This document shows positions 8,384 through 17,671 of a DNA stretch of 31,093 nucleotides, in pieces. The stretch comes from a candidate division WOR-3 bacterium. GTDB lineage: Bacteria > Hydrothermota > Tepidihabitantia > Tepidihabitantales > Tepidihabitantaceae. The stretch covers positions 1-31,093 of the forward strand of contig CBFGIY010000023.1 in NCBI GenBank assembly GCA_965648935.1. The letters run 5' to 3'. The notes beneath the pieces are model-generated. The model saw only the letters and a program-made list of their open reading frames with translations. It ran no database searches and was not told where the DNA came from. Every line of letters begins with the position of its first letter. Positions within the stretch are counted from its first letter, which is position 1. Made by a program: the position numbers and the translations under genes.

Positions 8384-9424
8384 TCATTGGCAGAGCTGTT
8401 CGCGGACGAAAGTCGCGCGCCGCTCGTCGCGCTCGTGCGCCCCCAGCGTCTCGCCCAGCGCGGCCTGCAGGCTGGCCGGCCGCACCAGCACGAGCAGCCG
8501 CATCACCCGGCCGTAGTCCAGCTCGTTGATGATGCCCAGGGCGATGCCGACCCGCACCGTCGCCAGCAGGTTCACGGCCTCGCGCGAGGTCAGGATGCGG
8601 GCCCCGCGCAGCAGGGCCAGCGAGCGAAACACCTTGTCCTCGACCTCGACGCGGGCGTTGTGCATCAGGTACTCGCGCGCCGCGCGCTCGTGGCCGACCG
8701 TCTCGCGCACCGCGGTGGTGACGGTTTCGATGATTTCCGACTCGGTCACGCCGACCGTCTTCTGGTTGGATATCTGAAAAAAGTTGCCGCGCGTTTCCGA
8801 CCCCTCGCCGTGCAGCCCGCGCACGGTCAGCCCGACGCTGTTCACACCGCGCAGCACCTTCTCGATGTCGCGCGCCAGCACCAGCGCCGGCAGGTGCACC
8901 AGCACCGAGGCGCGCATCGCCGTGCCCAGGTTTGACAAGCAGGCGGTGAGAAAGCCGAACGCGGGCGAGAAAGCGTACTGCAGCTCGGCCTCCAGCTTCT
9001 CGTCCAGCCCCGCGGCCCGGCTGAACGCGCTCGGGAAATCCAGGCCCGAGGCGAGCGCCCCGAACCGCAGGTGGTCCTCCTCGTTGACCATCAGGCTGAA
9101 CGATTCGTCCTCGCTCAGCCACAGGCCGCGCCGCGCGCTCGAAGCGCAGAAATCGGGCGAGGCGAGGTGCCGCTCGACGAACCACGCGCAGCGCTCGGGC
9201 GTGAGCATCTCGTCGTCGACGAATCGTCCGGCCGCGCCGGCGCCCGAGTTCTCCAGCGCCCAGCGCACCGCCTCGACCACGCGCTCCTGACCGCGCGCGT
9301 CAGAGCGGGCAACGAACGGCGCGTCGGCGAGATTGCGGGCAAGGCGCACGCGCGTCGAAACGACGACGTCGGACTCGGGCCCGCTGCCGCAGAGCCAGGC
9401 CCCGACCTCAGTTGCCGGCTTCAT
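8384..9424 (-). CDS. mcsB: Protein arginine kinase
   Basis: STRVRLARN, VERHL, MVNEEDHLR, GFLTAC.SN.GT.MRASV, RGLHGEGS, FQISNQ, C-terminal RDERRA. Lies directly downstream of mcsA. Confidence 0.93.
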   Translation of the reverse strand: MKPATEVGAWLCGSGPESDVVVSTRVRLARNLADAPFVARSDARGQERVVEAVRWALENSGAGAAGRFVDDEMLTPERCAWFVERHLASPDFCASSARRGLWLSEDESFSLMVNEEDHLRFGALASGLDFPSAFSRAAGLDEKLEAELQYAFSPAFGFLTACLSNLGTAMRASVLVHLPALVLARDIEKVLRGVNSVGLTVRGLHGEGSETRGNFFQISNQKTVGVTESEIIETVTTAVRETVGHERAAREYLMHNARVEVEDKVFRSLALLRGARILTSREAVNLLATVRVGIALGIINELDYGRVMRLLVLVRPASLQAALGETLGAHERDERRATFVREQLCQ

Positions 9425-9891
9425 CCTCGGCCCGGCGCAGCCGGTCGCGCAGCGCCGCCGCCTTCTCGTAATCCTCGGCGCCGACCGCCACCGCGAGTTC
9501 GTCCTTCAGCTTGAGCAGGTTCATCCGCTGCTGCGCCTGCTTGCGCCCGGTGCTCGGCGTCTTGCCGACGTGCTGCACCGCGCCGTGCAGCCGCCGGACG
9601 ATGGGCAGCAGCTTCTCGCGGAAAGCGGCGTAGCACTCGGCGCAGCCGAGCTGGCCCTTGCGCTTGAAATCGGCGAAGCTCGCGCCGCAGCCCGGGCAGC
9701 GCGCCGACTCGTCCGCGGCCTCGACGCCCTCGCGCAGGCTGGCGAGCACCGCGGTCGCGTCCGAGCGGATCTCGCCGGACTCGGCCAGGCCCCGCGCCTG
9801 CGCGCACGCCCCGCACACGGCGAGCTCGCTGGCCGAGCCGTCCCGGGCCAGCTGCCGGACCTTCATCACGGCGTCGTTCCTGCCGCAGATA

Positions 9892-9905
<14 letters not shown>
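9408..9905 (-). CDS. mcsA: McsB activator with four CxxC motifs and a UVR domain
   Basis: CDIC, CGAC, CPGC, LGCAECY, HVGKTP, EDYEKAAALRD. Confidence 0.92.
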
Positions 9906-10612
<707 letters not shown>

Positions 10613-10620
<8 letters not shown>

Positions 10621-11833
10621 AGCGGATCGCCTCGACCGGCTCGAGCCGGGCCGCGCTCGCCGCCGGGTAGATGGTCGCGACAAAGGATATCAGGAGCGCC
10701 GCGCCGCAGACCGCCGCGAAATCGGTCCACAGCATCTCGACCGGCAGGTTCTTGACGAAGTACACGTCCCCGGGCAGCGACACCAGCCGGTACTTGTTCA
10801 GCAGCCACGACACGACAAACCCGAAAACCGCGCCCAGGCCCGTGCCGGTGACGCCGATGATGCCGCCGGTGTAGATGAAGATGCGCGTCACCGCGGCCGG
10901 CGCGCAGCCGATCGCCTTGAGGATGCCGATTTCCCGCGTCTTGCGCATCACCATCATCGTCAGCATGCCGATGATGTTGAACGCGGCGACGAGCACGATG
11001 AGCACGAGCACGATGAAGGTGACGACTTTCTCCAGCTTGAGCGCGGTGAAGAGGTTGCGGTTCTGCGCCACCCAGTCGGTCGCGCGGTACGGGTAGCCCA
11101 GCTCGGCGGTTATGCGCCGGGCGATGCGGGTCGAGGCGTAGACGTCGCGCAGCCGCACCTCGAACCCGGTGATCAGGCCGGGCATTCCGAGGAAACGCTG
11201 GATTTCCGGCAGCGACAGGTAGATGAATGACGCGTTGTACTCGTACATCCCGGCGTCGAAAATGCCGTTCACCCGGTAGGAGCGCGTGCGCGGGAAGCTG
11301 CCGAGCGGGGTCGCGGTGCCGCCGAAGGGCGAGGCCAGCGTGACCGCGTCGCCCACGCCCAGCCCGAGCACGCGCGCCAGCTCGATGCCCAGCACCACGC
11401 CCGACGAATCGAAACTGAACTCGCCCTCGACGACATTGGCGGCGATGTCGGTCACCTGCCGCTCGCGCTCCGGGTCGACGCCGCGGATGACCACGCCCTC
11501 GACCCCGTTCTCGGTGCGCACCAGCGTCTTGGCGTAGGCGAAAGGCGCCACGCTCTGCACGCCCGGCATCGCGGCCAGCCGCGCCTCGAGCGTGTCGGAC
11601 CGGCCGGCATAGGCGAACGGCGCGAACGAGTACTGCGTCACCACGACGTGCGGGGTCGAGCCCAGTATCCGGTCGCGCAGCTCCTTGTGAAACCCGTTTT
11701 CGACCGACAGGACGATGATGATCGCGGCCACGCCCACGAACACGCCGCCGATGGCGATCGTCGATATGCCCGACAGGGGCCGCCGGCCGCGGCCGCGCAG
11801 GTAGCGCAGGGCCATGAACAGCTCGAAGCGCAT
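10613..11833 (-). CDS. lolE: Lipoprotein-releasing ABC transporter permease (LolC/E family, single copy)
   Basis: ALRYLR, IGGVFVGVAAIIIVLSVENGF..ELRDRILG, LIVLVAAFNII, K.REIGILKAIG, ATIYPA..AARLEPVEAIRYE. Confidence 0.88.
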
Positions 11834-13309
11834 CTACTCGACCGGCCTCAGCTGCGGAAAGAAAATGACGTCGCGGATTGTCGAGCTGCCGGTCAGCAGC
11901 ATCACCATCCGGTCGATGCCCAGACCGAGGCCGCCGGTCGGCGGCATCCCGTACTCCAGCGCCGCGCAGTAGTCCTCGTCGACCGTGGCGAACTCCTCGT
12001 TGGCCTTCACGCCTTCCTCGAACCGCGCGCGCTGCTCGAGCGGGTCGTTCAGTTCCGAGAACGCGTTGCCCAGCTCCATCCCGCAGACCACCGGCTCGAA
12101 CCGCTCGACCAGCTCGGGGTTGTCGCGGTGGGTCTTGGCCAGCGGCGTCGTCACCTTCGGGTGGTCCATCACGAAGGTCGGGTCGATGATGTGGTCCTGA
12201 ATGAGCTCCGAGAAGAGCTTGTCAAGAAGCTTCGCGTGCGATATGTCGTCGGCGAACTGCACGCCGAACCGCGCCGCGACCTTCTTCAGCATCGCGGTCG
12301 AGAGCTTCATCGGGTCGGCCTCGATTATCTCGGCCAGCGTGTCGACAAACTTCAGCCGGCGCCAGCGCCCGAGGTCGACCTTGTGCCCGCCGAACTCGAC
12401 CTCGGTCGTGCCGCGCAGTTCCAGCGCGAGAAAGCGGAACAGCTCCTCGACCAGCGCCATCACGTCGTTGTAGTCGGCATAGGCCCAATAGAGCTCCATC
12501 TGGGTGAACTCGGGATTGTGGGTGCGGTCCAGGCCCTCGTTGCGGAAATCCTTGCCGATCTCGTACACCTTGTCCAGCCCGCCGACGATCAGCCGCTTCA
12601 GGTAAAGCTCATCCGAGATGCGCAGGAACATCTTCTGCTCGAGCACGTTGTAGTAGGTCTCGAACGGCTGGGCCGCGGCGCCGCCGTAGATCGGCTGCAG
12701 GGTCGGGGTCTCGACCTCGACAAACCCGCGGCTGTCCAGGAACCGGCGCAGCAGAGTGACGATGCGCGTGCGCTCAAGCAGGACCTTCTTCGCGTCGGCG
12801 TTGACCAGCAGGTCCACGTAGCGCTGGCGGTAGCGCGTTTCCACGTCCTTGAGCCCGTGGAACTTCTCAGGCAGCGGCCGCAGCGACTTCGAAAGCAGGA
12901 CAAGCTCCTGCACCTGCACGGTCATCTCGCCCGTCCTGGTGCGAAACAGCGTGCCGCGCGCCCCGACAAAATCGCCCAGGTCCAGCAGGCTCAGCCGCGC
13001 GAACGCCTCCTCGCCCAGCGCGTCCTTGCGCAGGTAGAGCTGGATGCGGCCCGAGTCGTCCTGGATGTGGCCGAACTGGGTCTTGCCGTGCTCGCGCCGC
13101 GACATCAGCCGGCCGGCCACGCGCACCTCGGTCCCGGCCGCGGAAAGCGCCTCGAACCCCTCGATTGCCTGAGCCGCCGAGTGCGTGCGCGGCCACGACG
13201 CGACATACGGGTTGACGCCCGCCTCGCGCAGCCGGGCGAGCTTGCCGAGCCGTATCTCCCGGTCGTTGCCGCTCTGCTGGACAGGTTCCTGCTGTGGAGA
13301 ATCGACCAT
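11834..13309 (-). CDS. lysS: Lysine-tRNA ligase (class II)
   Basis: RYRQRYVDL, EVETP, YGGAAAQPF, FRNEG....HNPEFT, ELGNAFSELNDP, YGMPPTGGLGLGIDR. Confidence 0.97.
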   Translation of the reverse strand: MVDSPQQEPVQQSGNDREIRLGKLARLREAGVNPYVASWPRTHSAAQAIEGFEALSAAGTEVRVAGRLMSRREHGKTQFGHIQDDSGRIQLYLRKDALGEEAFARLSLLDLGDFVGARGTLFRTRTGEMTVQVQELVLLSKSLRPLPEKFHGLKDVETRYRQRYVDLLVNADAKKVLLERTRIVTLLRRFLDSRGFVEVETPTLQPIYGGAAAQPFETYYNVLEQKMFLRISDELYLKRLIVGGLDKVYEIGKDFRNEGLDRTHNPEFTQMELYWAYADYNDVMALVEELFRFLALELRGTTEVEFGGHKVDLGRWRRLKFVDTLAEIIEADPMKLSTAMLKKVAARFGVQFADDISHAKLLDKLFSELIQDHIIDPTFVMDHPKVTTPLAKTHRDNPELVERFEPVVCGMELGNAFSELNDPLEQRARFEEGVKANEEFATVDEDYCAALEYGMPPTGGLGLGIDRMVMLLTGSSTIRDVIFFPQLRPVE

Positions 13310-13317
13310 CGGCGCAA

Positions 13318-13345
13318 ACTATATCCGCCGGCCCTGCCAAGTCAA
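13318..13345 (-). promoter_or_regulatory. Sigma70-type promoter of the lysS operon
   Basis: TTGACT-N16-TATAGT, with the -10 ending 8 nt before the lysS ATG. Confidence 0.6.
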
Positions 13346-13359
13346 ATGACCGGCCCGTC

Positions 13360-13387
13360 TTTACACGCCGCGGCCGCGGTCTAGACT
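13360..13387 (+). promoter_or_regulatory. Sigma70-type promoter of ruvX-mltG
   Basis: TTTACA-N16-TAGACT, 7 nt before ATG 13395. Confidence 0.55.
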
Positions 13388-13394
13388 GAATGAT

Positions 13395-13871
13395 ATGGGC
13401 CGGATTCTCTGCATCGACTACGGGCTGCGCCGGACCGGGCTCGCGGTGTCGGACCCGACCCGCACCATCGCATCGGCGCTGGCGACCATCGAGCACCGCG
13501 ACGAAACCGCGCTGGTCAGCGGGCTCAAGTCCGTCATCGCCGAGCAGGAGGTCGACGAAATCGTGCTCGGCCTGCCCCTGTCCCAGTCGGGCAGGCCGTC
13601 GCAGCGCTCGGCCCAGGTCACCGCGTTCGGCGCGCGCCTGGCCCACCTGTTCAAGCTCCCGGTCAGCTACTGCGACGAGCGCTACTCAACCTCCCGCGCG
13701 CAGGAGATTCTCAACGAGGTCTACGCTGACCCGGCACCCCGCCGCGGCACGCCCCGGCGCAGGACGCCGAGCGTTCAGCGCAAGGCGTCCGCTCTCGACC
13801 GCATCGCGGCCGTGCTGATTCTCGAAGACTATCTCAAAAGCCTCCGCCCTCCGGGCGCTGCCGGACGATGA
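13395..13871 (+). CDS. ruvX: YqgF/RuvX family RNase H-like nuclease (pre-16S rRNA processing)
   Basis: ILCIDYGLRRTGLAVSD, IVLGLP, DERYST, DRIAAVLILEDYL. Confidence 0.92.
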   Translation: MGRILCIDYGLRRTGLAVSDPTRTIASALATIEHRDETALVSGLKSVIAEQEVDEIVLGLPLSQSGRPSQRSAQVTAFGARLAHLFKLPVSYCDERYSTSRAQEILNEVYADPAPRRGTPRRRTPSVQRKASALDRIAAVLILEDYLKSLRPPGAAGR

Positions 13872-14836
13872 ACCGGGACCGCCGGCAGTTCGCCTTTCTC
13901 CTCGCGCTCCTCGCCGCCTGCGCCAACCTCCAGTTGCCCGGGCCCGGAGAGGACGCCGTCGAGGTGCGCATCCGGCCCGGCCAGTCGACCCGCGCGATTG
14001 CCGAAAGCCTGAAGACGCAGGGCGTCATCCGAAGCCCGCTCGAGTTCCGCATCCTCGCCCGCCTGACCGGCCGGCAGGGACGGCTGCGCTCCGGGCTCTA
14101 CCGGTTCCGGCCGCGCACCGAGGAACTCGCGGTACTGCTCGCGCTCTCGCGCGGCGGCGCGACCTCGACAATGGTCACCATCCCCGAGGGCTGGACCCAG
14201 CACCAGGTCGCCGCCGAGCTTGACCGCCGCGGCATCTGCCCGGCCCCGGACTTCCTTGCCGCCTGCGCGCGGCCCGAGCTGCTGCGCGAGCTGGGCATCG
14301 CAGGCCCGACCGCCGAGGGCTACCTCTACCCGGAGACCTACGACTTCGCCCTCGACGCCGAACCGGCCGCAGTCATCCGGCAGATGGCGGACCAGCTTGA
14401 GCTGGTCTGGGCCGAGGTCGCCGGCCTCGAGCCCGGGCCCCTGCCGCCGCGCGAAGTTGTCATTCTCGCCTCGATTGTCGAGCGCGAGGCCGAACTGGCC
14501 GAGGAGTTTCCGCTCGTGGCCTCGGTCTTTGCCAACCGGCTGCGTCGGGGTATGCCCCTTCAGTCCTGCGCCACGGTCGCATACGTCCTGCCCGAGCGCA
14601 AAGCGGTCCTGAGCTACGCCGACACCCGCATCGAGTCGCCCTACAACACCTACCTGCACGCGGGACTGCCGCCCGGCCCGATATGCAACCCGGGCCGGCG
14701 CGCGCTCGCCGCCGCGTTCGCCCCGGCCAGGACCGATTACCTGTACTTCTTCAGCAAGGGCGACGGCGGCCACGTCTTCTCCGCGACCTGGTCCGAGCAC
14801 CAGGCCGCCCAGCGCCGCCACAGACGCGGCGGGTGA
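13868..14836 (+). CDS. mltG: Endolytic transglycosylase
   Basis: VTIPEG, EGYLYPETY, LASIVERE (catalytic Glu), SPYNTY...GLPPGPICNPG, YLYF. ATGA overlap with ruvX. Confidence 0.92.
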   Translation: MNRDRRQFAFLLALLAACANLQLPGPGEDAVEVRIRPGQSTRAIAESLKTQGVIRSPLEFRILARLTGRQGRLRSGLYRFRPRTEELAVLLALSRGGATSTMVTIPEGWTQHQVAAELDRRGICPAPDFLAACARPELLRELGIAGPTAEGYLYPETYDFALDAEPAAVIRQMADQLELVWAEVAGLEPGPLPPREVVILASIVEREAELAEEFPLVASVFANRLRRGMPLQSCATVAYVLPERKAVLSYADTRIESPYNTYLHAGLPPGPICNPGRRALAAAFAPARTDYLYFFSKGDGGHVFSATWSEHQAAQRRHRRGG

Positions 14837-14889
14837 CCTGTCTCCCCGCCCTTGACCCGCAGCACCGCGGTCTTGCGACAAAGAACGAC

Positions 14890-15068
14890 AGGCCCCTGCT
14901 GTCGGCCTCAGGTCGCAAGCCGCTAGCTCACCTGTTGTCCGGGACTTGCGGGCAGGATGGAACCGGCAATCGCGCAGAAGCGGCAAAATCCGGCCGTGGA
15001 GGGGACCGTCCCCCGGGCGGCCCCAATCACCCGCTGGGCGCGGCCCCCGACAGGACGAAACGCAGGCC
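14890..15068. ncRNA. Candidate structured RNA (long rod with internal bubbles, 6S-like size); family unassigned
   Basis: Nested complementary pairs: CCTGC 14895-99/GCAGG 15062-66, CTGTCGG 14899-905/CCGACAG 15047-53, GCCGC 14919-23/GCGGC 15040-44, CCGGG 14939-43/CCCGG 15012-16, CCGG 14963-66/14990-93. It sits in a 308-nt gap between convergent genes. Confidence 0.3.
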
Positions 15069-15144
15069 GGACCGGGTCTTTGCGCGGGCATCAGCTCCTG
15101 CCGGTCTTTTCGCCGGCGCAGCGCGGACAGGAGTCCGGGCCGCG

Positions 15145-16875
15145 CTACAGCCAGCCGCCGCGGATGGCTGAGAACAGAAGCAGCAGCGCGAGCAGCCCGG
15201 CCGCGATGAATCCGCCGATGCCGACCGCCGGCACCAGCCGCTCAAAGCCCTCCGGGTGCGCGAACATCAGAAGCGACGAGCCGATGATGAGAGCCGCGAT
15301 GACGATGGACACCGAGAGCCGGTTGTTGGACCGGCCGAGGTTGTGGAATATCTCGCGCAGTTCGGCCTGGTCCAGCGAGAGCTTCAGCTCGCCCCGCTTG
15401 AGCCAGTCGACCATCAGGCGCAGGTCCGCGGGCAGGGTGCGGGCCAGCGCCCCGAGGTCGGCGCTGGAGCGGCGCAGGTTGCGCAGCCACATCGCCGGGC
15501 CGAACCGCTCCCACGCCACGCGCCGCACGAACGGCCGCATCTCGTCAACCAGCCGGAACTTCGGGTCGATGAGCTGGCCCAGCCCTTCGATCGTGCCGAT
15601 GCCGCGCAACAGCATCGTCAGCCCGGGCGGGATGCGAATCTGGTGGCGGCGCAGCACCGACAAGAGCTCGCGCGTGGTCTTGGCCAGCGACATCCGCTCG
15701 AGCTCGACCCCCCAGTAGCGGTCGAGCAGGTCGCCGATGTCGGCGCGCAGCGCCGATTCGTCGACCATCTTGTCGGCGTACCCGGCCTGCATCACCAGCC
15801 GCACCAGCGCCCCGCTCCGGCGCTCGTAAGCGGCCAGCATCAGGTCGACCAGCAGCTCGCGCGTGTCCTCGTCGATGCGGCTGAACATGCCGTAGTCGAG
15901 GATGCCGATGCGGCCATCGGCCAGCACCACGAGATTGCCCGGGTGGGGGTCGGCCTGGAAGAACCCGTGCTCGAACACCATCTGCATGTACGCCCGGCAC
16001 CCGCTCGCCGCGAGCTTGCGCCGGTCGACTCCCGCGGCCTGGAGCGCGGCCGCGTCGGTCACCTTCAGGCCCTCGAAGCGCTCCTGCACGAGCACGCGCC
16101 GGGTCGTGTATTCCCAGTGCATCGCCGGCACCGCGACCTCGGGATTGTTGCGGAAGTTGCGCCGGCAGATGTCGCAGTTCTGCCCCTCGCGCAGGTAATC
16201 CAGCTCCTGGCGGATGCTGCGGCTGAACTCCTCGACCAGCCGCACCGGGTCGACAATCGCGCTCTCGGGCAGCCGCCGCTCGGCCTGCCGCGCCAGCGTC
16301 GAGAGGATGGCAAGGTCGCCCTCGAGAATCGCGCCCACCTCGGGCCGCTGCACCTTGACCACGACCTCCTCGCCGGTCTTCAGGCGCGCGCGGTGCACCT
16401 GGGCCAGCGATGCCGCGGCCAGCGGCGCGCGCTCGAACGAAGCGAACACCGCCTCGGGCGCCCCGCCCAGCTCGCGCCGGACCGCCGCCTCTATCGTTCC
16501 GTAATCGACGCCCTGCACTCGGTCCTGCAGGCACGACAGCGCGCCGATGAACTCGGGCGCGAGCACGTCGGGACGGGTCGACAGCACCTGCCCGAGCTTG
16601 ACATATGTCGGCCCCAGCTCCTCGAGCACCCGCACCAGCCGCTCGGCCTCGGTGAGCGTCTCCGACTCGCGGCACTCGCGGTCGCGGCGCAGGCGCCGGC
16701 GGTGACCGAACAGGGCCTCGAACCCGAGCCGCCGGGCGAGCTCGCTGAACCCGTAGCGGGTCAGCACGGTTGCGATGTGGCGTGTGCGCTCGAGCTGGTA
16801 ACGGCGGCGGCGCCAGCCGAACAGCCTCATCGCCGCGCCGGCGATGTCGAGGCGTGACCTGTCGTTATCGTCCAT
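15145..16875 (-). CDS. UbiB/AarF/ABC1 atypical kinase with C-terminal TM helices
   Basis: ELGPTYVKLGQ (KxGQ), AAASLAQVHRA, VVVKVQRP, ELDY..EG.N, FFQADPHPGN, LDYGM. Confidence 0.9.
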   Translation of the reverse strand: MDDNDRSRLDIAGAAMRLFGWRRRRYQLERTRHIATVLTRYGFSELARRLGFEALFGHRRRLRRDRECRESETLTEAERLVRVLEELGPTYVKLGQVLSTRPDVLAPEFIGALSCLQDRVQGVDYGTIEAAVRRELGGAPEAVFASFERAPLAAASLAQVHRARLKTGEEVVVKVQRPEVGAILEGDLAILSTLARQAERRLPESAIVDPVRLVEEFSRSIRQELDYLREGQNCDICRRNFRNNPEVAVPAMHWEYTTRRVLVQERFEGLKVTDAAALQAAGVDRRKLAASGCRAYMQMVFEHGFFQADPHPGNLVVLADGRIGILDYGMFSRIDEDTRELLVDLMLAAYERRSGALVRLVMQAGYADKMVDESALRADIGDLLDRYWGVELERMSLAKTTRELLSVLRRHQIRIPPGLTMLLRGIGTIEGLGQLIDPKFRLVDEMRPFVRRVAWERFGPAMWLRNLRRSSADLGALARTLPADLRLMVDWLKRGELKLSLDQAELREIFHNLGRSNNRLSVSIVIAALIIGSSLLMFAHPEGFERLVPAVGIGGFIAAGLLALLLLFSAIRGGWL

Positions 16876-16898
16876 TGGCGTCCCTGTGTCGGTTCCCC

Positions 16899-16927
16899 AT
16901 TCTCGACCCGCGCCGGCCTGTTGTCAA
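16899..16927 (-). promoter_or_regulatory. Sigma70-type promoter of the UbiB-family gene
   Basis: TTGACA-N17-GAGAAT. Confidence 0.6.
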
Positions 16928-16939
16928 CCCGCGATGGGC

Positions 16940-17671
16940 CTACTTCCTGAGCGACGCCCTGGAAAAGACCGCGTCCGGTATCGGCACGTTGAACCGGATT
17001 GAATCGATGCGGAACTCGGTGCCGCCCCCGGACTTGAGCGCGTCGCGGAACACGGCCCGGTCGGCCAGCCACCGGCCGTCAAACCGCTTCACCGACAGCA
17101 CCTCCATCGTCTTGAGCAGTTTGCCGCTCTTGGAGAAACGCTCCTCTTTCAGCACGAGGTCGCGTTCCTTGTCGACCCACAGGTTGCGCCGCTGGTAGGC
17201 GACGTCGGCCGACTTCGCGACGAGTTCCAGCTTCCACGCCGCCCGGCCGAGGACCGAATCCGACCCGCTCACGCTCGCCGCGTACAGCCCGGCAAGTGAG
17301 GCGTCCTCCATCAGGTCCTCGTAGGACAGGTCCGAACCGGCCACTGACTGGCGCAGCATGTGACCGGAGATGAGGATTGTCCGGTCGCTCTCCGGTGAGT
17401 AGGTCCAGAGCTGGTCACCGAGCTTGAGCATCTTTGTGCCGCGGTCGCGCTCCGGGGCGAGGTATTCGGTGAAGGCGCGGTCCGTGCCGCTGACCCACGA
17501 AATCGTACGCACCGATCGACTGCCGCGCCGGCCGCGGATAGTCATCTCACTCACTATCACCTTGTTCTCCGACCCGGCGTTGGCGTCGATGCGCCGCAGC
17601 AGGGCGTTGCCGTCGGGCAGTTCTGCCGCGCCGAGAAGCAGGGCGGGCAGCAATCGGGCTATGATGCTCAT
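16940..17671 (-). CDS. Outer-membrane lipoprotein-sorting (LolA-like) protein
   Basis: Start MSIIARLL at ATG 17671 (ATGA overlap). Motifs EYLAP.RDRGTKML, LWTYSP, GSDLSYEDL, SGKLLKT, IPDAVFS...L. Confidence 0.8.
   Translation of the reverse strand: MSIIARLLPALLLGAAELPDGNALLRRIDANAGSENKVIVSEMTIRGRRGSRSVRTISWVSGTDRAFTEYLAPERDRGTKMLKLGDQLWTYSPESDRTILISGHMLRQSVAGSDLSYEDLMEDASLAGLYAASVSGSDSVLGRAAWKLELVAKSADVAYQRRNLWVDKERDLVLKEERFSKSGKLLKTMEVLSVKRFDGRWLADRAVFRDALKSGGGTEFRIDSIRFNVPIPDAVFSRASLRK

Noticed and set aside
8190..8395. Selenocysteine readthrough of mcsB (TGC CAA TGA TGC = C-Q-U-C) next to selA
   Set aside because: The UGA falls where McsB proteins normally end, just after RDxxRA. The extension would be low-complexity sequence out of frame inside selA, and no clear SECIS is visible.
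14980..15035. tRNA-Sec (minus-strand TTGGGGCCGCC...CGGTCCC resembles the selC variable arm)
   Set aside because: No UCA anticodon loop, T-loop GTTCGA, acceptor stem or CCA.
15040..15120. Hammerhead (AGGACGAAAC) or c-di-GMP riboswitch (CGCAAAG) fragments
   Set aside because: The CUGANGA core and GEMM P1/P2 elements are missing, and no downstream gene is suitably placed.
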